Shown here: piece by piece, positions 26,594-38,584 of the stretch
Layout of the letters: each line of letters opens with the position of its first letter
Position numbering within the stretch: the first letter of the stretch is position 1
Assembly: GCA_028534125.1 (NCBI GenBank)
Contig: CM052817.1
Coordinates: 9,426,001-9,490,000 of the forward strand
Reading direction: 5' to 3'
DNA from: Lama glama
Lineage: Eukaryota
Length of the DNA stretch: 64,000 nucleotides
Notes under the pieces: model-generated
Told to the model about the DNA's origin: nothing
The model's input: the letters and a program-made list of their open reading frames with translations, nothing else
Databases searched by the model: none
Translations under genes and position numbers: made by a program

Positions 26594-28287
26594 CCGATGA
26601 TTTTCATGCACAACATTAACAACTGAGAAGTGCTATTGAGACTTTTTAGAATTGTGATTCACACTGTCAGTTCTTATAATCTGTGGCATGAGACCCTCAC
26701 AATTTGGTTAATAAATGTAGCTCATTTTAGATCATACTTGCATTATCTCATTTAACTCTTCAAACAGCTTACGTATGGTCATGGGTACTTCCCTTCTGAA
26801 GATGAAAAAGACTCAGAGAGCCTCAGTGTTCTTAAAAGGTACAGGACAAGTGCACAGAACAGCTGATATTTGAACCTGACTCCTGCTTAAAGTCAAGTGT
26901 GATTCCTCCCTTTCTCTTTCCTCCCGATAATACTTCTATACACTTAGAGAGACTAGCTTTGGTAGATCATTGGGAAAGCAACTCTGCTATTAAACTCATT
27001 TTTCTGATGGGTGAAAGACTCATAGAATAATTAATTAAATAGTTTAGTATTTAGTGAGCGATTTGCTATGGTGCCTGCCTATCACCCCTGACAGCAGACA
27101 GGGCACTCCAGGAGTTAATGGCTCAAGGTAATAGTGAGGGGTTCTAACCTGGTCTAGGAAACTCAGGAAATCCTTCCAGAATGACTTGCTTCTCAGTCGT
27201 TAATGTTGTCAATTCAAAGAGAAGGCACCCAAATAGCATTTTCGAGGAGATATTTTTGGATCAAGGGCCTTTCCTGTGAAATCCTTCAAATCACACCCCA
27301 GGAGTGATGTGGGCATAAATAGAAGCTGCCTTGGAGAAAAGTTGGGGATCTAGAACTCGGATTCTCAACCAGGCATCAGCAGCTGTCATTGGGAATATCA
27401 TGGACTACCTCGGAGCCTCAGATTTCGTAAAACCTTGGTTGTTTTTTTAAAAGCCTTGGTTGGTAAATTAACTTTATGATCCTTCTGTTCAAGGATCCTG
27501 CCCTAGGGACAGTGGTGAGGTAGGTGAAAGGGGATGTTCATGAAAGGAGGGGACCAAATACCTGGAAACTGTTTCCTGAAAACTACCGCAGCCCTGGCGG
27601 CCCCAGGCCCTGCTCTGAGCCCACAGGGCTGGGTGGACAGCTGAGCCTAAGTAGCTAAGCAAAGCCAGGAAAGCTGGCAGCATCAAAGGGAGCCAGGAAA
27701 AGGTGGCCTGGAGGAACTCTGTTGACAACTTTTACATGGTCCTACCTTGAGCCTGGAGGGCAACTGGGTTTAGCAACGGTGTGGATCTCTTCCAGCTATG
27801 GGACTCCAGTCCTGCTGAAAACACAACCTGATCCTTCAGTGCTCACCGTCAGCCACTTTCTCCTTTGACATTTTAACAGCCCAAATGGAAAACTCTTGGG
27901 GACCCAGTTACAAAGTATGGTGAGTCATGTCATCAAGTTAAATGATGCCACCTGCGTACTTTGTTTCATCTGGAAGTCTTCTAAAGTCTGTTTTTTTTAA
28001 AAAGGAGTCTGAACAGCTGGCCACCAGATGCCAGTCTCCAACCCTTGAGTTGTGTTGGCAGCTGATAATTTAATGACAAATCCTCGCTTAAGCTGGTGCA
28101 TAGTTAGTTCCAAGCTGAACTTTTATTATTATGTGGCATTTAAATCCAAGACTAGGGAAGGCATAATGGAAAGAGGACAAAGGTGGGCCAGGAAAACAGT
28201 CCCAAAGATAGGGTAGCTAGGGCGATTAAAAGTTTTAGAAGTTTTAGTTTAGGACCTTGTACCTAGATAAGTAAACGAACGAGAATA

Positions 28288-28352
28288 AATATATAGAGAT
28301 ATATATATATAATATATATATTAAAATATATGTATAAAATATATATAAAAAT
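28288..28352. repeat. AT-rich (TA)n low-complexity tract
   Basis: Directly visible. Confidence 0.85.
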
Positions 28353-28619
28353 AAGGCTTGCTTACAGGTAATAATTCAAAACAAGTACCAAGTCACAGTA
28401 CGTTTCAAGACTTTCTAACACTTATCAAACATATATCTTTGATACAATGAACTGAAGACAACACAAGGCACATTTGAATACCAATAAATAATCATAAGTT
28501 TTCCTTACTACTGCAGCATTCAGTTTTCTAAAGAGGATATACAAGTGGGAAAGAAGAGTCAGAATTCTCAAAAATAACTGCAGAAAATATTTTCAATATT
28601 TTTTTCTTTTTAAATCTCC

Positions 28620-29485
28620 TTAATTTAGGTATAATTCACATATAAGAAAATGCAACCAACCATCTTACACATTATGATTCAATGAGTTGTGACAAGAGTC
28701 TACTATTGTAGTCACCACCACAGTCAAGATATAGAACATTCCCATCATTCTCCAAATTTCCCTGCAGTCCTTCTCCGCAGTCCCTTTGCTTTCGATCTTC
28801 AGACCCGCCCTGGGTCCAGGCAGCCACTGATCTGTCATCATAGATGGGCTTTCCAGCTCTAAAAGTGCTTCTAGATGGAATCATATAGATAGTACATTCT
28901 CTTTTGTATCTGGTTTCTTGGGTTCAGTGTAATGTTTCTGAGATTCACCCATGTTGTTATATATATATATATATATACACACCATCCCTTCATTCTTTTC
29001 TTTTTGCTCAGTACAGAGTAATACTCTGCTGTGTGGATTTACCACAGTTGGTTTGTTTGTTCACCTGTTGATTGACATTTGAATTCTTTCCAGGTTTATT
29101 GCTGAGTAGTATTCAATGATATAAACATACTCTGAATTGTTCATCCACTTGCTCACAGATGGAGATTTTGTTTCCAGTTTTTGGTTGTCACAAACTAGGC
29201 TGCCATGAATATTCTTGTATTAACTTCCGCAGATAGATTTTTCATCTCTCCTGGGCAAATAACCTAGGAATGGAATTGCTGGGTTTTATGCTAGAGGTAC
29301 AGTTCGCTTGATATGAAGGTGCCAACTGGTTCTGTTTGTACTGTTTTGCTGCCCTACCAGCACTGTACGAGAGCTCAGTTTTCTACTCGTCCACTCTTGG
29401 CACCATCAGTCTGTAACATGTTAGCCACGATGGGGGTGTATAGTGTTACCTCGCTGTTTTTAATTTTTATTTCCCTGGTGACATG
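28620..29485 (-). mobile_element. Old L1 3' end (L1ME/L1MD/L1MC-like)
   Basis: ggtataattcacata, ccaccacagtcaagatatagaacatt, gcagccactgatctg, tgagattcacccatgttgtt, cctaggaatggaattgctgggt. Confidence 0.85.
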
Positions 29486-29543
29486 AGTTAAAGTAGGAAG
29501 AGAGGAAACTTGGATTCAGGCACAAAGATAGAAGGTAATGGGT

Positions 29544-29630
29544 AGAGTTACCATACTTTCCTGTGTGCCTAGGACAGTCATGGCTTACACCCAGTGTCCT
29601 GGTATCATTACCAATAGCAAAGCACCCCTT
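29544..29630. mobile_element. MER94-like hAT-Blackjack fragment
   Basis: agttaccata...gcctaggacagtc...tgtcctggtatcattaccaatagc...cccctttc. Confidence 0.55.
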
Positions 29631-29999
29631 TCCTAGCTCAATCTGCCATAACAAAATTCCATGGACTGGGTGGATTAAAAAACAGGAATTTATTTCTTAC
29701 AGTTCTGGAGACTAGGAAATCCAAGATTAATGTGCTGACCAATTTGGTTCCCCAGTGAAGCCTCTTTTCCTGGCTTGCAGATGGCAACCTTCTCTCTGTG
29801 TTCTTATATGATGGAGAGAGAGAGAGGAAGCAAGCTCTCTGATGTCTCTTCTTACGAGGACACTCATCCCATCATAAGCTGCCTACCCTCCTGACATCAT
29901 CTAAACCTAAGTATCTCCTGAAGATCTCACCTCCAAATACCATCACATTGGGATTAGAGTGTCAGCATATGAAATTGAGAGAGGGGTCCCTCCATAGCA
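29631..29999 (-). mobile_element. MaLR solo LTR (MLT1A0-like)
   Basis: ctgccataacaaaa, aatttatttcttacagttctggag, ctggcttgcagatggc, cctccaaataccatcacattggg, terminal tccatagca. Confidence 0.9.
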
Positions 30000-30584
30000 G
30001 TCTTCTGATTGGATTAAGTTTTGCTGTTCAATGTGTGATGTAGTCTCCTCTGTCTCTTCACAAAACCTTTAGTAAATGTACATTTTTCACCAACACATTT
30101 AAGGTTGTTGTTGTGTTTGTAATTCAAGTGCCAAGAGAAGAAGTTACCCAATGAGACTTCATCACATTCATGCTACAATAATTATAAACTTTAACAATAT
30201 TAAAAGGCATATGACACTAGACACATTATATTATTGAACTGTTAGCTTTCCTCTAGGCTATTATTTTGGTTGGAGAACAAAGCTATAAAGCACACAGCAA
30301 GTTTAAAAAACCATGATTATCAATGAAAATATACTATTTCAAGTTCTGGTCATTTCTGAAATAAATCTGCAGATTTACTCTAACATTTAATTTTGACCTT
30401 TTGTGAACTGAAAGAATCACACTCTACAATCAGGTACAAGTTTGCCCATGAAAGCAAAATAAAAGTTGAGCCAGGGATTTTGTCCATGCCTGAAACCAAA
30501 TCCAAGCAAAAATGTTTTCTTGACCTCCTTCCCATTTTCCTCTTTCATTCTGGCCATGAACTATAATCAGAATGTAACCATTTC

Positions 30585-30780
30585 CAAAATGTAGGATAGA
30601 TAAACAAGATTATACTGTATAGCACAGGGAGATATGTACAAGATCTGGTGGTAGCTCACAGTGAAAAAAATGTGACAATGAATATATGTAGGTTCATGTA
30701 TAACTGAAAAATTGTGCTCTACACTGGAATTTGACACAACATTGTAAAATGATTACAACTTAATAAAAAAGTTAAAAAAA
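30585..30780 (+). mobile_element. Young camelid-type L1 3' end, 5'-truncated, with 16-bp TSD
   Basis: tatactgtatagcacaggg...aattgtgctctacactggaatttgacacaacattgtaaaatg...aataaaaaa; TSD agaatgtaaccatttc at 30569-30584 and 30781-30796. Confidence 0.92.
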
Positions 30781-32014
30781 AGAATGTAACCATTTCAATT
30801 TCACAGTCTCTCCCTTCCCTGTTAGGATTCACAATATGATAACATCCAGCCCCAAGCATTGCACCTGGTAGCATTTCACAACTGTCTGAAAATGGACGAA
30901 AGCATACAGTCACACCTTAAATCAGCTTCGTACCTCTGTCCACATTTTCACAATGTAACCTTTCAAATGGTTTTACCCTTATGTGGTTTCATTTGGCAGG
31001 ACTTTTTTTAAGTATGCACATAAATACAAGGTATTACGTGAGGCACCATGGGGATAATAGAAAGTTACAAGGAAGGTAAAGACATAATCCCAGCCTTTGA
31101 GAAACTTGTACTTCATTATGGAAAAAAAAAAAAGCCACTCACATAAAGAACCACGACCTTAAGCAGAAAGTGGTAAGTATCCTGAGAGTGAGATGAATGA
31201 CTACAGCTTGAAAGCATTGGGTGTTCTTGCAGGCAGTGCTTTGCCAGGACAAGAGAACTATGCATGTCAGAATTAGTAGCCAAGTGGGGAATAAAGTAAT
31301 AGCTTTGCAAGTGCCCATTCATACCACACCCTGGCCAAGGAGAAGAAAAGTTGATCTTTTCTCATGCTTAGTCTTGAAGCACAAGGTTTATGCTTCGAAT
31401 TCCAAGTGAGCTTTGCTACTTTCCATCTCCCACCCACAAATCCACACACTTGATACTGTATCCACTTACTTAATCAACTGTATGGGCCAAAAGTCTAACA
31501 CAGAGTGAAAGAATGGTGGACCCACCTCTGGGCAGATGACTTTTCCTGTTACTACATGGAAACAGAAAATTGAAAACCACACACTCACTGGAGGGCAGAG
31601 GAAGTGAAAGGGTAAAACAAAACAATTGCCCAGCCCTGAAGACAGAGGTTGTTCCCGGATCTACCACAGAATGAGACAAGCGCTCAAGCTGTAGAGGCTA
31701 GTGAACTATGGCCAGTAAATTTCGGTCTTGGACCAACCATACCAAATCTTGACCCAACTTTTTCTCCACTAGACCAGGAAAGGAAGATTATGGAAAGAGA
31801 AAACAGTAGTATTATCTCTTTCTTTCCCATGGGCTGAAGATGAGATGTGAGCAGATGGGCAGAAATATTTCCTTTCTCCTCATAAGTGTCTTTACCTTAA
31901 AACAGCCTCTTCCCAATCCTACCTTGTACAATATTTGTCCAATAATATGTGCTTCAAAAATAAACATTCTTTGAATCAAGTATTTCTTTGGAAAGAAATG
32001 GAATATGTTACCCC

Positions 32015-32470
32015 TTAGTGGAAGATTAATTGCACCCATGATACAAACTTTTGCACATTCTTGTACCCATATCTAATTTGGTAGACTCTAACACTGACCC
32101 TGGGCTGGCATATGCCACTTGCTTTGGCCGATGAGTCAATAGCAAACTTGATACAATCAAAAAACTTGAATGAGTTGCATATTTCAACATCTTCTCTTAG
32201 ACTAAAATTACCTGAGGACATGTCCAGACTATCCTAGAGAATGAAAGACATGGAATGGAGTCACTTGCCACAGTTAAGGACATCCTAGATCAGCCAACAG
32301 CCAGAAAACCACAAGACATAGGAGGGAGTGCCTGCCAAGCCCAGGAGAACTTCCTGGCCAAGCACAGCCAAGATCAATGGAACTGCCTATTGACTCACAG
32401 ATCATGAGGAATAATAAATGATTGCTATTTTAAAAGTCACTAAAAAGTTGCTTTAAAAGTTGTGTTTTTT
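32015..32470 (+). mobile_element. MaLR LTR (MLT1F/G/H-like)
   Basis: cttgctttggccgatg, catcctagatcagcca, gatcatgaggaataataaatgattgctatttta. Confidence 0.65.
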
Positions 32471-32474
32471 CTTA

Positions 32475-33040
32475 CACATGCACCCCAACATTCACAGCAG
32501 TACTATTTACAATAGCCAAGACATGGAAGCAAGCTAAATGTCCATCAACAGATGACTGGATAAAGAAGTTGTGAAATATTTATATAATGGAATGCTACTC
32601 AGCCATAAAAAGTAATGGAATCATTCCATTTGCATTATTTCAAATAATGGACCTAGAGATCGTCATACTAAGTGAAGTCAGCCAAAAAGAGAAAAATATC
32701 ATATGATGTCATTTATACGTGAAATCTGAAAAAAAAAAGGACACAAATGAACTTATTTACAAAACAGAGAAAGATTCACAGACATAGAAAATAAGCTTAT
32801 GGTTATGGGGGCGGGAGGGATAAATTGGGAATTCCGGATTTGCAGATACTAACTACTATACATAAAACTGATAAACAACAAGGTCTTACTATACAGCACA
32901 GGGAACTATATTCAATACCTTGTAATAGCCTGTAATGAAAAAGAATATGAAAAGGAATATATATATGTATAAATGAATCACTATGCTGTACACTGGAAAT
33001 TAACACAACATTGTAAATCGACTCTATATCAATAAAAAAA
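32475..33040 (+). mobile_element. L1 3' fragment (end of ORF2 plus 3' UTR; artiodactyl type)
   Basis: tatttacaatagccaagacatggaagcaa, aaatgtccatcaacagatga, tactcagccataaaaa, atactaagtgaagt, cagcacagggaactatattcaata, poly(A). Confidence 0.93.
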
Positions 33041-33381
33041 ATGAGAGTGAATTAAAACACCCTCAAGTCTTCTTCCAAATCTGTGATCCTGTGATCTACA
33101 AATAAGTTGTCTCCTTTCCAAATTTTGACTATTTTCAGTAAGCTGATCTGCCACCATATATGACCAAGAAAGTGAGAAGGGGCTTTCAGGTTTTCTCACC
33201 GTGACTAAAATCCACGAAAGGTGAGCCAGAGACAGCAAACTCAGAGAAATGGCTTCTGCCCCATCTGTGTCTCTGAGACCCAACAGTGATGAGCCCACAG
33301 TACACATCTGTGTACCATCTGACCATCTGGAGAAGGTCAGAACCTCCTGTGTGGCTGCACCTTGAAGTTGGGACTGAATTA

Positions 33382-33721
33382 CAGTTGGCCCTTCATATCA
33401 ACGGGTTCCACATCTGCAGATTCAACCAACCATGGATAGAAAAAATTTTTTTTAATTCCTGTAAGTTCCAAAAGCAAAACTTGAATTTGCTGCACACCAG
33501 TAACTGCATAGCATTTGCACTGAATTTACAACTATTTACACAGCATTTATATTGTACTGGGTATTATAAGTACTCTAGAGATGATTTCACATATACAGGG
33601 AGGATGTGTGTAGGTTATATGCAAATATTTTGCCATCTGATGTAAGGGACTTGAGCATCCTCAGATTTTGATATCTGCTGGGGCCCTGGGACCAATCCGC
33701 CTAGGTACTGAGGGGTGCCTG
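33382..33721 (-). mobile_element. MER2-family Tigger MITE with TA TSDs
   Basis: TA|CAGTTGGCCC...gattcaaccaac...ctagagatgattt...gggaggatgtgtgtaggttatatgcaaata...agggacttgagcatcc...CTG|TA. Confidence 0.9.
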
Positions 33722-34200
33722 TATTTCCTACCACTCTCCATAAGTAACATTTTACTTGATCTTCAATCTCCAAACTTCAATAACGTCTTCCAAGAGGAAG
33801 ATGAAGTTTCCCAGCAAGACTCATTTCTCCTTCGGCCTGTTGCTTGATGTCTTCACATGTTTGATAAAATTCAGCATAGACTTTATTATAAAATCCAGAT
33901 GAAGCCACCTGGGTTTCAGAATATAATTTGAAACTTGGCTGCTCTATGTATGCAAAGGAGAAGAAATACATTCAACTATAAGAGCATAGAGCTTAATATA
34001 TGAAAAACGTTCAAACTTTGTAAGCACGTTCAGATAGGGAAGTGGGTGTTTTCCAAGAATAACAACCTGCTGCCTCTAAGAGTTTAGAGTGTCTTTCTGA
34101 GGTAATCTGTGCTTATCTCAAAAGCAACGGATGCTAAGGAAAATACATTATGTAAGTATATGCTCTTTATTTGGCATGAAGAATGTGTTTTCACCAGCAT

Positions 34201-34550
34201 TTAAGAGTTCAGGTCTGGGATCGGGGATATGGCTCAGTGAATGTGCGAGGTCCTAGATTCAGTCCCCAATACCACCATTAAAATAAAAAAAAGAAGGAGA
34301 AGAAAAATTCAGGTCTAGAACCAGACAACCTAGGTTCAAATCCCAGCTCTGCTGCTTACTGGATGTGTGACCTATACTTAGTCACCTAACCTCTCTGTGC
34401 TTTAGTTTCTCCAACCATAAAATGAGTAAATTGTTAGTGTCTCCTTATAGGATCATTAAAAGGATAAAGTGAGTTAATACATTCACAGAACACATAAAAC
34501 AGTTCCTAGGACATAGTTAGTGCTCAACAAATGTTTGTAATTATTGTTGC
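34201..34550 (+). mobile_element. MIR SINE interrupted by a tRNA-SINE
   Basis: ggttcaaatcccagctctgc...taacctctctgtgc...aaaatgag...gtgagttaatac...gtgctcaacaaatg. Confidence 0.85.
34217..34302 (+). mobile_element. Internally deleted tRNA-Ala-derived camelid SINE
   Basis: ggggatatggctcagtg...gaggtcctagattcagtccccaataccacca plus A-rich tail; TSD aagagttcaggtct (34203-34216) / aaaaattcaggtct (34303-34316). Confidence 0.75.
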
Positions 34551-35321
34551 TGTTGCTTTAAAATAGTAGAAGGAAAAAAGTCTCTTTTAAAAGAGTTTGT
34601 GGAATAAAGGAAGCAACATGTCTATGGGGAATTCTTCAAAATACCTGAGGTAGAAACAAAATATATCAACTAGAGCCTTCTGTACCTCTATTTATAGCTG
34701 CTCAAAGTCAGTATAAAAAACACATGGCCTGAGTAGAGGGCAATTTTGAGAAAAATGAGCTCTTGACCAGCATTTAGGAGATATTTACCCATCTCTCCTG
34801 AGGAGCAGCCTGGAACAGTTGATGTCAGGATAACAGCCTTGCTCTGTACACACAGTAAAACAAATGTTTGAGTATAGCGGAGTTTATACCAGTTAAATGC
34901 TAAGGAGAGTACTTAACTTGTAACTTGGAATTTATAACTTTCTTTATCCTCTGCTTTGAAGGTTGCTTGTAAAATCTAACAGTAAGCCATTGGACGATTT
35001 TCCTAATAAACGCATATATTTTTAAAGACGGGGAATAAATTTTGTTTTCAACATCTATTCCTGTCGCTAATCTTTCCATGGTTTCCAATTTATTTCGCCC
35101 ATTAGCACACAATTAGCAATTTATAAGCCGTAAATTTATAGAAATGCTCACAAATGGCATTTAGCCAGATTCGTTTTGCAAGAGCAAGGAAGTGGGAAAT
35201 TATGGATAATATAAAAGAACTCTCGTTTGTCGAGCACTCATTACTGTGTCAGGCCCTGTCCTGCATTCTTTACATCTATTACTCACCTCAGTCTTCCTAG
35301 AATCTTTCAAAATCGTTATCT

Positions 35322-36810
35322 GTATTAGAGTAACTGACACTAGCTAACACCGAGAAATAAACCCCCAAACTCAGTGGGGGAGCGCAATATAGATTTGTAC
35401 GCTATTCAGTAACATCTGATGCGGGTCAGGCAGCTCTCCTGGGTAGCAATCTTCTAAGAGATGTCTTGGGATGCAGGGTTCCTTCTATGATGGGGCTCCA
35501 ACACCTCTGAGTCCTTTGCTTCTTGCCATGTAGACAGGAGAGAGAGAAAGAATGTAGAGCAGGTACATCCATTTCTAGCTACCTCTGCCCGTAATCGACC
35601 CACGCTACTTCTGCTCGCATCTCATTGGCCTGAAATCAGCCACGGGGTCAAATGAACTACAAGGGAGTCTGGGAGATGGTAAGGAAAAATGCAGACAGTG
35701 GTAGACACAAAGTATCCGCCATAGTTTCCCCTCCAGGCACCAAATATCTATTTCCTTCCCTGTTTCCAAACACAGAACACACCTCCCCAAAGGGAACAAC
35801 CTTAACTTCCATCTGGTCGCTGCAAGCAGCTCAAAATCCAGGACGTGCGGGTTCTGTGAAGTTCTTGTCATAAGTCTACATGTGGCATCTCTTGAACCAG
35901 TGTCCTAGGAATTAAAAGGAGAGTGATGGACAAGTTCACTTCCTCTCTCTCTCTCGCACACACACACGCACACACAAAATACAAATGGTATAACAGCAAT
36001 AGGGTAACTACAATAAAAATTCCCACCCAAAAAAAGGAAAAACTGGGAGACACAAGCAGCCATTGATACTGCGTGTGACCAGGCAGACACGATAAAGGCT
36101 CTCTGCCTTGTGGGTGGAGAAGGTTCTGGACACAGCCCTGGGTCTGCTCTCTCCGGGAACCCCCTTGTCCGATTTTCTCCATGGCCAACAGCTCTTCCTT
36201 CTGAGAGAGTCCCCGTGTCCATCTCTCAGGTGTATTTCAGGGAGCTGGCTCTCCAGGCAGACAACAGTCCGCCTCCTGCTAGTGGAAGAAGTGATTTTCA
36301 GTCTTTCAAGGTATTTTTCATATGGGCTTATGGTTATTTTAGCAATACAAGTCCCTAGAAAAATTAGTGGGTTCCTGCCATTCATCAGATTTATTACTAC
36401 TTCTCTACTCCCTTTCACTTCTGTCTGTAATTGAGCAATTTCCCCTAGGCTCATCTCATTCATGAAACACCTTGCCAAATGCAGGCAGTAGTGGCCCACA
36501 CACACAACTAGTGATTCGCCTGCCACCCTCCTCATCTCCCCTCAAGAGCTACAAGGTTACTTGGCACATAGGCACCCCAAGTCGTGGCAGGTGTCAGTTT
36601 CACCAAATGTTTTCTCACCATAAAACACGGCATTGCACCTTTCTGGCCTTTGGCATCAGTTTCCTTGCCACCCACTCCCTGACTATGACGCCGATGCCCA
36701 CCATTAGGATTTTGTTAGAGCAGCATCCCAAGTCCATTACCAGTTTTGGCACTAGTCATGGGACGTAACGCTGGGTGCTGTGATAAACCATAGTGACTCA
36801 GAAACAGGTC
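35322..36810 (-). mobile_element. MaLR element remnant: MLT1-type LTR (~35322-35723) + internal region (~35724-36746) + start of second LTR
   Basis: LTR TGTATTAG...tctcattggcc...aactacaagggagtctgggagat...ccgccata; internal-like cctccaggcaccaaat, aatacaaatggt, ttcccacccaaaaaaagg, agcagcatccca...taccagttt. Confidence 0.65.
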
Positions 36811-37660
36811 TTCCTAAGTACCTTACACATCGTGAGGGGTTTATTAATATGACTGGAAAAGGCAGTACTAAGTGCACTTATGCAATAGGTTGTTTTAACA
36901 TATTTGTATTTAATCTTTCACAATTAAGGAATCAACACGTAAAGAAATGAACACATCCAAGGTCACACATCTGGGATCCAAGTCTACGACACTTACCTGT
37001 GCTTGTACCTCTAGACGTCCCCCCAGCAGGAGCCAGAGCAAAAGTGCGCTCCACCGTTTTCTTGTGCTTTTACAGCAAAAGAAATCTGAAACCTGACCGT
37101 TTCCCTGTAGTTTCAGATCCTTTCTCTCTTCGCACTTTCAGAAGTATTATTCTCTGTCCAGAGCGTAACAGTTACTTAAGAGGACTCAAAAACACAGTGG
37201 AAAATAATCCACAGGTTTTGAAATAATGAATGAGGTTTTTGTCTTGAAATCTGTTTGCTTAAGTTTACACAGTGAGCTTACTTAATGGATGGGGCCTGTG
37301 TCAACATTTCTATTCTCCACTGAATGGTTTATTTATTTAATGAATGTTTTCTGTATTCATTTAGGGGATTTTTTTCCATTATAACCATTCTTTAAATCTG
37401 GCAGAGGTACACACTGTTCTATATTTACTCTCTGTACAAGTTCCCTAATGGGAACATATATGCAAACCAAAATTGTCAAAACTGTTGGTTGATCTCAACC
37501 TATGCACTACTTTATTCATTCAGTAAATATTTATTAAGCACTTATTATCTATCAGGCACTGAGCAAGACCTGCTTTAAGATAGACCCACAAATAATTTTG
37601 AAATCACCATTTTCAGTTGACCACACTTTAAGATGGCTGAAATTTTGATTTACAAATGCT

Positions 37661-37699
<39 letters not shown>
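37661..37699. repeat. (TG)n(AG)n microsatellite
   Basis: Directly visible. Confidence 0.97.
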
Positions 37700-37702
<3 letters not shown>

Positions 37703-38571
37703 ATGCCATTTGCGGAAGGGTAGTGGCAATAGTAAAAATTGCTAACCTTGGTTACAGACTTAATGCCAGAGATTTTATTCAGCTGCACGGACGGACTACA
37801 AAGCAAATATCCTTCCCAGAGGTTATAATTTGCATACAGGATGAAGGTTAAAATAAAACCAATGCAAGTGACATCATTTTAGATATTTCCCCTCTTATGA
37901 ATACATAACTTACACTAGTTTAAATTTTCAAACAGATACATTAGGAAGGAATTGTTTGGAAATAATTGTGTCAGCAAAAGTGATGTTTAAACACAATTTC
38001 ATTAGCGTCATTGTTCCAGAAGCAGGGACTTAAACTTCTTCCAAGTGAAGTGATACCACTTAGTCTCAAGGCAACACTTTAAAAGGAAAAAACAATTTGA
38101 AGTCACACGTTGAGAAGAGCCGTGGATAAAAGAGAGAAATAGAACTGTTTAGAGATTTGAAACCTTTGCTTCCCATTTGCTCAGTCTGGGGTTTGCAGGA
38201 GAACGTCACCCACTCCCACTCACTATTAACGAGAGAGTATATTAGGCTCTTTGAAATGTGAGTATTATGGGAAGGATCGCAGTTGCTTTAAATTACAGAA
38301 GTTGGCAAGTGCCTGGGAGGAGCGGGAGGTCGTTTAAACTGAGAAAGACAGTTGCAAAACCTCGTACAACAGCATGAGCTCCAGGCTTCAAACGCGTTCC
38401 CGTGCGCAGACGAGAACCTTATTTTTCATCAAGTCACTTTTTGGGTTGTTTTGAAGCAGCTTTGAATAATAAACACATATTTCTGCTTTAAACTTTTTTA
38501 AGGGTTGCTAAATCCATGGGACAACCAAAGCAAGAAAGCCTCATGTTTTGGGGGAAAGTCTGATGACAGCA

Positions 38572-38584
38572 ATGCCTAGAAAAG
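38572..38584 (+). CDS. Candidate coding part of a first exon (M-P-R-K, phase-1 intron) of an unidentified gene
   Basis: gcaATG CCT AGA AAA G|GTAAGC: purine at -3, strong AAG|GTAAG donor, repeat-poor context ~1 kb upstream of a CpG island; no downstream exon confirmed. Confidence 0.4.

Larger units (their letters stand above)
25078..26636. mobile_element. MER5A-type hAT MITE split by nested LTRs (pieces ~25078-25208 and ~26594-26636)
   Basis: ccagaccagcagcatctgcatcacctgggagctcgtcagaaatgcagaatctcaggcccc...tgaatcagaa, then resumes with tgattttcatgcaca...tgagaagtgct. Confidence 0.8.

Noticed and set aside
28018..28037. CTCF-like motif tggccaccagatgccag
   Set aside because: Mismatch in the core GGC; a single motif match is unsupported.
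36008..36535. 175-aa minus-strand ORF
   Set aside because: Lies within a decayed MaLR internal region; no recognisable domain.
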